In this document: positions 28,201-32,000 of the stretch, piece after piece
Layout of the letters: each line of letters begins with the position of its first letter
Numbering within the stretch: position 1 is the first letter of the stretch
DNA from: Candidatus Saccharimonadota bacterium
GTDB taxonomy: Bacteria; Patescibacteriota; Saccharimonadia; Saccharimonadales; Saccharimonadaceae
Assembly: GCA_001897305.1 (NCBI GenBank)
Contig: MKSO01000001.1
Span: 330,001-362,000, forward strand
Length of the DNA stretch: 32,000 bases
Direction of reading: 5' to 3'
Program-made: the position numbers and the translations under genes
Notes under the pieces: generated by a model
Databases searched by the model: none
Told to the model about the DNA's origin: nothing
The model's input: the letters and a program-made list of their open reading frames with translations, nothing else

Positions 28201-28506
28201 GCGATTTTGGTTAATAATTTCGCTGCCGAAACTGTGAAAAGTGTGAATGGCTACTTTGTAAGCATCTTTGCCGATAATACTGACCAAGCGTTCACGCATG
28301 GCTGCCTGGCCACTTTCGGTAAAGGTTAGGCAGAGGATGTTTTCGGGTAAGGTATCGGTTTTTTGTAGAATATTGGCGGCGCGCACGCTGAGGAGTTCGG
28401 TTTTACCCGTACCTGGTCCGGCGATAACCATGACCGGCCCATCAATAGTATCGACAGCCTTCTTTTGGGCGTGGTTAAGGTTGGCGTAGCGCGATTGAAA
28501 ACTCAT
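25228..28506 (-). CDS. UvrD/PcrA-family superfamily-1 DNA helicase fused to a C-terminal RecB/AddB-type PD-(D/E)XK nuclease domain
   Basis: The Walker A motif is AGPGTGKT. Motif II is VDEFQDTN. Other helicase motifs are TENYRSG, TAHKSKGLEFETVYV and LFYVAMTRAKRQL. The C-terminal nuclease motifs are GSLDMIDID...IIVTDYKTG and QLLFYKIL (QxxxY). Confidence 0.9.
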   Translation of the reverse strand: MSFQSRYANLNHAQKKAVDTIDGPVMVIAGPGTGKTELLSVRAANILQKTDTLPENILCLTFTESGQAAMRERLVSIIGKDAYKVAIHTFHSFGSEIINQNREYFYRNALFQPADDLKQYEILRSIFEELPYSNPLSSMMNGEYTHIADAQKSISELKRGSALTSDELLAVIEQSEASLDSFERILRPILSERIGKTTGDKLRDALIAMREHSQALEHLHQVVPLATIIVESLEAALEDTIAIHPTKPLSAWKSTWFERDSTKELVFKDRKRLTKLKALAFVYYEYLNRMEKEGLFDYDDMIMQVVHAVETQIDLKLNLQEKYLYIMVDEFQDTNLAQLRILHNLTDNPVNEGNPNILVVGDDDQAVYGFQGADVSNILNFSDMYPSRQLIVLTENYRSGAAILQAARTVITQGTDRLETRLPEIDKQLTAQTAEPASAILWNAPSGDAERHEIAQRIATDIQQGADPSSIAVLARRHSDIQSLLPFFRQAGVPIRYEREESVLDAAPIKALIQVARVVTHLSQGNHDEVEQLLPEMLAHPAWQLSAKAIWRLSLDAYTNRQTWMEVMATTPEFTAIHNWLIERAQEVSTTALEPMIDSLIGRSQDESEVSPLFEYYFAPDKLAEQPDAYLDCLNALRAIRARLREYRPGASLTLPAFVEFVDLHERLGVGITASHYSLASDVAAVQLLTAHKSKGLEFETVYVYNSVDSVWGHSARSFSRSISYPANLPLAPAGNTADERLRLFYVAMTRAKRQLIISYSERSDANKVTLPADFLLATNLTTTTAPEPEKVDEIAIAELAWYQPFVEPTQDLKTLLAPQLEKFKLSATSLNSFLDVTRGGPQHFLLNNILHFPKSKPAAAAYGTAIHWTLQQAHLHVASTGQQKPLEDTLYDFEVAMGRERLAPQDLQRYLQQGSEHLPVFLSSNALPMTPTQKAEVGFNYQDVRVEEARLTGSLDMIDIDKKEKTIIVTDYKTGRPATAWDKGDEHTKMKLHTYRQQLLFYKILAENSSEYHNFTVTKGCLAFIEPTKAGETSVLELEFSNLSEELERTRRLIEAVWRHIITLDLPDTSHYTQDLKGVLAFEQDLIDGIV

Positions 28507-28553
28507 ATAGTATTAGTATAGCGTGCCTAAGGTGCTGCGAGAAGGCTGGTTAG

Positions 28554-28562
28554 TGGTACAAT
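28554..28562 (+). promoter_or_regulatory. extended -10 (TGgTACAAT); the second in-frame ATG (28570) lies exactly 7 nt downstream
   Basis: The sequence reads tagTGgTACAATaATGgacATGaac. Confidence 0.5.
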
Positions 28563-28563
28563 A

Positions 28564-29058
28564 ATGGACATGAACGAACAGCTATATGACGATGTGTCAA
28601 TTGAGCGCCTGGTAAAGGCCCAGTTTGGTGTTTCGTTAGAGATAGACTCGGTTATTGCGCGACGCATTCCTGTAGGGCGGAGTGTTGAGGGGACGTTATT
28701 TCTGACGAGTAAAAAGCAGCTTATGTTGTACGTTGACGGTGAGTCTAAGTTGTATCTGTCGGATATTCGTAAGATTGTTTCTCGGGTTGGACTGGTGGCT
28801 GAAGCGTATCTTCCGCCTAAAAATCAGCCTCATTATTTTGAAGACATCGGACGACGCAAGTTTCAGGAAGTATTTCCTGGCCGCAAAGTTGTCAACGAGC
28901 AGGACATTGCTTTCTATACCACCTTGGCGCCTTACTCACCTGCCCTGATCCATATTCGCGAAGTAAAAAACGGGGTTATTTATCAATACGACAGCGATGC
29001 GACGGGCGGATGGCGCCCGCACTCGAAATTTAGTTACCGTCGGATCCTGACGAGCTAA
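28564..29058 (+). CDS. hypothetical soluble protein
   Basis: 164-aa ORF with no recognised motif. The real start is possibly ATG 28570 (MNEQLYDD) as a leaderless mRNA. Confidence 0.55.
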   Translation: MDMNEQLYDDVSIERLVKAQFGVSLEIDSVIARRIPVGRSVEGTLFLTSKKQLMLYVDGESKLYLSDIRKIVSRVGLVAEAYLPPKNQPHYFEDIGRRKFQEVFPGRKVVNEQDIAFYTTLAPYSPALIHIREVKNGVIYQYDSDATGGWRPHSKFSYRRILTS

Positions 29059-29878
29059 ATACTTTTTGGGCTAACGGGCCGTAGGTTTTATCGGCGAGTA
29101 TTTCATCAAGCGCTGGCGAGCCGGCCGCCTTGCCACCGGTTGACGTTTCTCCCTGTTTTGGAAGCGTATCGGTTACAAAACTCCACGTCTCTCCGCTTCT
29201 TTTGTATAGTGGCGATGCAGTAATGACATTGTCGGCGGTCGTGAATAGTAATAGTGCCAAGCCATTTTTATTGTCGTCAGTTTTGGCGATAGAGGCGTTA
29301 ATATACGGGTGCGGTTTGTCATCCCCCCATTTTTTGACTAATTCTGAAGTAGTTATGACTTGTTGTTGGTAGCTCGTTTTGTCGTTGCAAAGCAACTGTG
29401 CTTGGGCGGCACCGGCGATACTTTTTAATGTACAACTGGCATCTGGTGAGGCGAAAATTGCTTGAATACCAGCCGGCGTTTTAATATCAAGTTGGGTTAC
29501 GTCGTGGTTCTTTGTGGCATCACCAACGGCTTTTGTGAGCGCACTAAGTCGATCATCGGTAAATGGCGTGGTGTCTTTAGTGGTAATAAGAAGTGCCAGC
29601 TGAGTGGGTACACTTACAAAACTGTTAAGCTCATCACTTTTTACATAAGCGGTATTCTTGGGTGTCGCCTGTGTCACGTATGTGTAGTTGGCAAGTACGC
29701 CCGTGTCGGCGTGCTCGGGGATGTGACCCACAATAAATGCAGCCGATACAATATGATCTTCCGAATGTGTAACGGGCTGTTTGTTACGATTAAGCACGCT
29801 GATAATAATACCGACCAGCACGGCCAATACAATAATAGCCAAGCCAATTGCAATACATAGTTGTGTTCGCTTTTTCAT
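29030..29878 (-). CDS. hypothetical N-terminally membrane-anchored extracytoplasmic protein, co-transcribed with the large pilin-like gene
   Basis: The signal anchor is MKKRTQLCIAIGLAIIVLAVLVGIIISVL. AAGGAG lies 4 nt upstream of the ATG, immediately after the TAA of the upstream gene (TAAAGGAGtttcATG). Confidence 0.6.
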   Translation of the reverse strand: MKKRTQLCIAIGLAIIVLAVLVGIIISVLNRNKQPVTHSEDHIVSAAFIVGHIPEHADTGVLANYTYVTQATPKNTAYVKSDELNSFVSVPTQLALLITTKDTTPFTDDRLSALTKAVGDATKNHDVTQLDIKTPAGIQAIFASPDASCTLKSIAGAAQAQLLCNDKTSYQQQVITTSELVKKWGDDKPHPYINASIAKTDDNKNGLALLLFTTADNVITASPLYKRSGETWSFVTDTLPKQGETSTGGKAAGSPALDEILADKTYGPLAQKVFSSSGSDGN

Positions 29879-29887
29879 GAAACTCCT

Positions 29888-31549
29888 TTACCAATATACC
29901 CAAATCCAGTCAGACGACAGCGGCGACCAGTCCGAGCTTGTATAAGAAGTGGCGCAGGTATACCGGGCTTCATAGAAGACGCTTGCTCCACCCGAAGGCC
30001 CTAGCCACCACCAATCGTTAAAGCCGAAATTATGATAATTGTCGGCAGGCGTTGCGCCAGACCATGGTCGGCTGTGGAACCAGGTGTCGTTTACCCATGT
30101 ACCACCTGGGCAGTACGTGCCGTACCACATATAGTGACCCCAAGTATTTTGCCGCCACGACTTCGATAGACCGCTTGGCCAGGTTGGAGTAGCTGGCGTA
30201 TTAATACCACAAACACTTGATGACGTACCACTTGTAAGCTCGGTACTATACGAACTGGCGTAGGTACAGGCTGCCTTTGCTTGGAAAGTGTGCTGGTAGC
30301 CTTCGTAAGCAGTAACTGCATATGACCGGTTAGAACTACTCCAACTTGTCCAACTCGTCCAGTTATCGCCATCGCCACTGTTCGACTTGTGGGTTTCACG
30401 TAAGCTATACACAGGCGTACCACCCTGGCTACATGTAACTGTGCCACTTATGCCCGTGGCGGTTGCGCCACTTACAGCGGAGCTGATGCTAGGAGCGGAG
30501 TCTGGTTGCGGTACATATGAAGTGTACGTAACGGTATTGGACCAAGCCCCATTATAGGTAGTGCTGCCATTTGAGATAGTGGCCCGGACGCGGTAATAGC
30601 GCGCATTGCCAATAGGCGTGTCGCTGTAGGTTTTACTATTGGCGGACACACTATCGGTTTGGGCACTTGTAAAGCTGGTATTGTCGGCCCGTTGAATAGT
30701 ATACGTTGTTACGCCGCTGGTGCTGCCCCAGCTCTCGGTAACAGTAACCGGGTTAACTTGGGCGTTGGCAAGTGTTGGTGTTGGGAGTGTATTTGTTGCC
30801 TTATTGGCAATATTCGACCACAACGAACTATTATTTACAGTCGCATTTGCTTGCACGCGGTAGTAATACGTAGTGTTGGGGGCTAAGTCGGTAAATTGGT
30901 ACGAAGACACCGCCGGCCCTACACTCACCTGCTTTAAGTTGCCCGTACTGAAGGTATTTGAGGTATCACGTTGAATTGTATAGCCGGTGGCATTCTGCAG
31001 CTGATTCCAGCTAATCGAACCCGAGGTATAAGTAACGCTGCCGGCTGTAACGGTAACTGTTCCAGAGGTGTTAATGTCTACCGTGCGCTTGCTGCTGATG
31101 GTTTTAACAGTACCATCGCTTTCATCGATATACTTGATGGTAAATTGCAAACACGAGACAGTATTACATGAGTCACTACCGTCGCCAACATAGGCGAAGT
31201 AATCGCCGCTAGTAGCCGAGGCCAAGTCGGCGCAGCTAATAGAGTTAGTCGTGCTACTCCCCGCTTTCGGAGCAATCAGGGCGTCGCTATCAATACCCGC
31301 TAAAGCACCACTTTGGCTGCGAACAGTTGAAGCTGGCGCGGTAAGCTGGGCACAGCTGGGATATTCGCTGTTGTGGTCGTAGTACTTCTCAAGACTATCC
31401 GCAATAGTCGTCGCGTCCACAGTACGCTGAGCATCACGGCCATCGGCTTGGAACTTATTAATACCGAAAGCCGCAATTGTTACCAATATAACAATCACCA
31501 CAATGACAACAATCACCTCAACCAGTGTGAACCCTTTTTCCCAACCCAT
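29888..31549 (-). CDS. large (553 aa) type IV pilin-like protein with two FN3-like repeats and a Trp-rich C-terminal domain
   Basis: The prepilin signal is MGWEKG|FTLVEVIVVIVVIVILVTIAAF, with the start at ATG 31549. There are two FN3-like units (SISWNQLQNATGYTIQRD...YQFTDLAPNTTYYYRVQA and VTESWGSTSGVTTYTIQRAD...YSDTPIGNARYYRVRA). The C-terminal ~100 aa contains 16 Trp (e.g. FNDWWWLGP, SDWIWVYW). Confidence 0.8.
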   Translation of the reverse strand: MGWEKGFTLVEVIVVIVVIVILVTIAAFGINKFQADGRDAQRTVDATTIADSLEKYYDHNSEYPSCAQLTAPASTVRSQSGALAGIDSDALIAPKAGSSTTNSISCADLASATSGDYFAYVGDGSDSCNTVSCLQFTIKYIDESDGTVKTISSKRTVDINTSGTVTVTAGSVTYTSGSISWNQLQNATGYTIQRDTSNTFSTGNLKQVSVGPAVSSYQFTDLAPNTTYYYRVQANATVNNSSLWSNIANKATNTLPTPTLANAQVNPVTVTESWGSTSGVTTYTIQRADNTSFTSAQTDSVSANSKTYSDTPIGNARYYRVRATISNGSTTYNGAWSNTVTYTSYVPQPDSAPSISSAVSGATATGISGTVTCSQGGTPVYSLRETHKSNSGDGDNWTSWTSWSSSNRSYAVTAYEGYQHTFQAKAACTYASSYSTELTSGTSSSVCGINTPATPTWPSGLSKSWRQNTWGHYMWYGTYCPGGTWVNDTWFHSRPWSGATPADNYHNFGFNDWWWLGPSGGASVFYEARYTCATSYTSSDWSPLSSDWIWVYW

Positions 31550-31639
31550 TGTGCTTATAATTGTAGTGCTGGCATAAGCGCAAAGCAATATACCATTTGT
31601 GATAATTATCACCTTATTACTGTATAAACAGCCCGGCAG

Positions 31640-31667
31640 TTGAATTTACACCCGTGAATGCTATAAT
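31640..31667 (+). promoter_or_regulatory. sigma70-type promoter for tRNA-Gln (TTGAAT -16 nt- TGcTATAAT)
   Basis: The -35 box TTGAAT is at 31640-31645, followed by a 16-nt spacer and the -10 box TATAAT at 31662-31667 with an upstream TG. The tRNA begins 24 nt later. Confidence 0.65.
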
Positions 31668-31691
31668 GGCATCTGTTACACACCACAGTAT

Positions 31692-31765
31692 TGGGGATTG
31701 GCCAAGTGGTAAGGCACCGGGTTCTGGTCCCGTGATCGGGGGTTCGAATCCCTCATCCCCAGCCA
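31692..31765 (+). tRNA. tRNA-Gln (anticodon CTG)
   Basis: Hand fold: acceptor TGGGGAT/ATCCCCA (the U1-A72 pair is typical of bacterial tRNA-Gln), D arm GCC-AAGTGGTAA-GGC, anticodon stem CCGGG/CCCGT with loop TTCTGGT, T arm GGGGG-TTCGAAT-CCCTC, discriminator G and an encoded CCA. Total length is 74 nt. Confidence 0.93.
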
Positions 31766-31767
31766 CG

Positions 31768-31797
31768 AAAAAAGCAGGATTTTATTCCTGCTTTTTT
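31768..31797 (+). terminator. intrinsic terminator after tRNA-Gln
   Basis: AAAAAAGCAGGA-ttttat-TCCTGCTTTTTT is a 12-bp stem including A/T runs, so it is potentially bidirectional. Confidence 0.7.
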
Positions 31798-31835
31798 CGT
31801 GGCTAAGCGTGCTGGGTTTGCACATACCGTCACGG

Positions 31836-31934
31836 GCCCGTGATTGGGCGAAAACTGCCAGTGGCAGTTTGAGAGCGAGTGCCGGCAAAGCTTGAGCTTT
31901 GACCGCGAACGACGCCGGGCGAATCCCTCATCCC
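31836..31934 (+). pseudogene. interrupted copy of the tRNA-Gln 3' half
   Basis: 31836-31848 gcccgtgattggg matches 11 of 13 positions of tRNA 31728-31740 tcccgtgatcggg. 31920-31934 cgaatccctcatccc is identical to tRNA 31745-31759. About 70 nt of hairpin-rich sequence lies between them. Confidence 0.4.
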
Positions 31935-31954
31935 AAACAGATGCGATAGTTTAA

Positions 31955-31985
31955 AATGAGGCCCGTATGGGTCTCATTATTTTTT
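31955..31985 (+). terminator. intrinsic terminator
   Basis: AATGAGGCCC-gtat-GGGTCTCATT is a 10-bp stem with one G-U pair, followed by attttttaa. Confidence 0.6.
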
Positions 31986-32000
31986 AATACTGAGCTTTCC

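Noticed and set aside
29030-29058. 29-nt overlap of convergent 3' ends (28564-29058 + and 29030-29878 -) as a regulatory antisense module
   Set aside because: Short convergent overlaps are common in compact genomes, and the hydrolase/GT pair at 12947-12971 shows the same thing. I saw nothing specific in the sequence.
31676-31888. 70-aa minus-strand ORF
   Set aside because: It is antisense to tRNA-Gln and its terminator, so it is not credible as coding.

Overview
This is a gene-dense bacterial chromosomal window. By hand count, ordinary genes are about 45-48% GC. The gene set suggests a reduced-genome, monoderm-type bacterium, possibly Patescibacteria/CPR (Saccharibacteria-like), but lineage is inference only.

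Supported content:
- **ATP synthase:** a complete F1Fo operon, atpZ-B-E-F-H-A-G-[orf117]-D-C (14777-21698, + strand).
- **Housekeeping genes:** gltX, smpB, xth, a Dus-family tRNA-dihydrouridine synthase, a MutT/NUDIX hydrolase, a PlsC-like acyltransferase, a glutaredoxin-like protein and a UvrD-type helicase fused to a PD-(D/E)XK nuclease.
- **Envelope genes:** two GT4 glycosyltransferases, an alpha/beta hydrolase, a sortase, a PEGA/PD40 protein and a DUF3048-like fragment.
- **Pilin-like adhesins:** two type IV pilin-like proteins carrying adhesin-type domains (LamG; FN3 x2 plus a Trp-rich C-terminus).
- **tRNAs:** tRNA-Leu(CAA) and tRNA-Gln(CTG).
- No CRISPR array, rRNA, transposase or integrase was seen.

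Most interesting observations:
1. A 586-bp high-GC cassette (24536-25121) bounded by perfect 15-bp inverted repeats. It carries a 56-codon ORF with about 91% GC3, so it is compositionally foreign to its surroundings.
2. Two inverted copies of a nearly identical ~105-nt core (2522-2646 and 11643-11788). Each sits inside a different, perfectly self-complementary outer stem, directly next to an extended -10 promoter.
3. A 117-codon ORF with no recognisable family, translationally coupled at both ends between atpG and atpD.
4. A recurring promoter layout, with a -10 box 6-12 nt upstream of the ATG and no SD, implying widespread leaderless mRNAs.
5. Interrupted partial copies of both tRNAs beside the intact genes.
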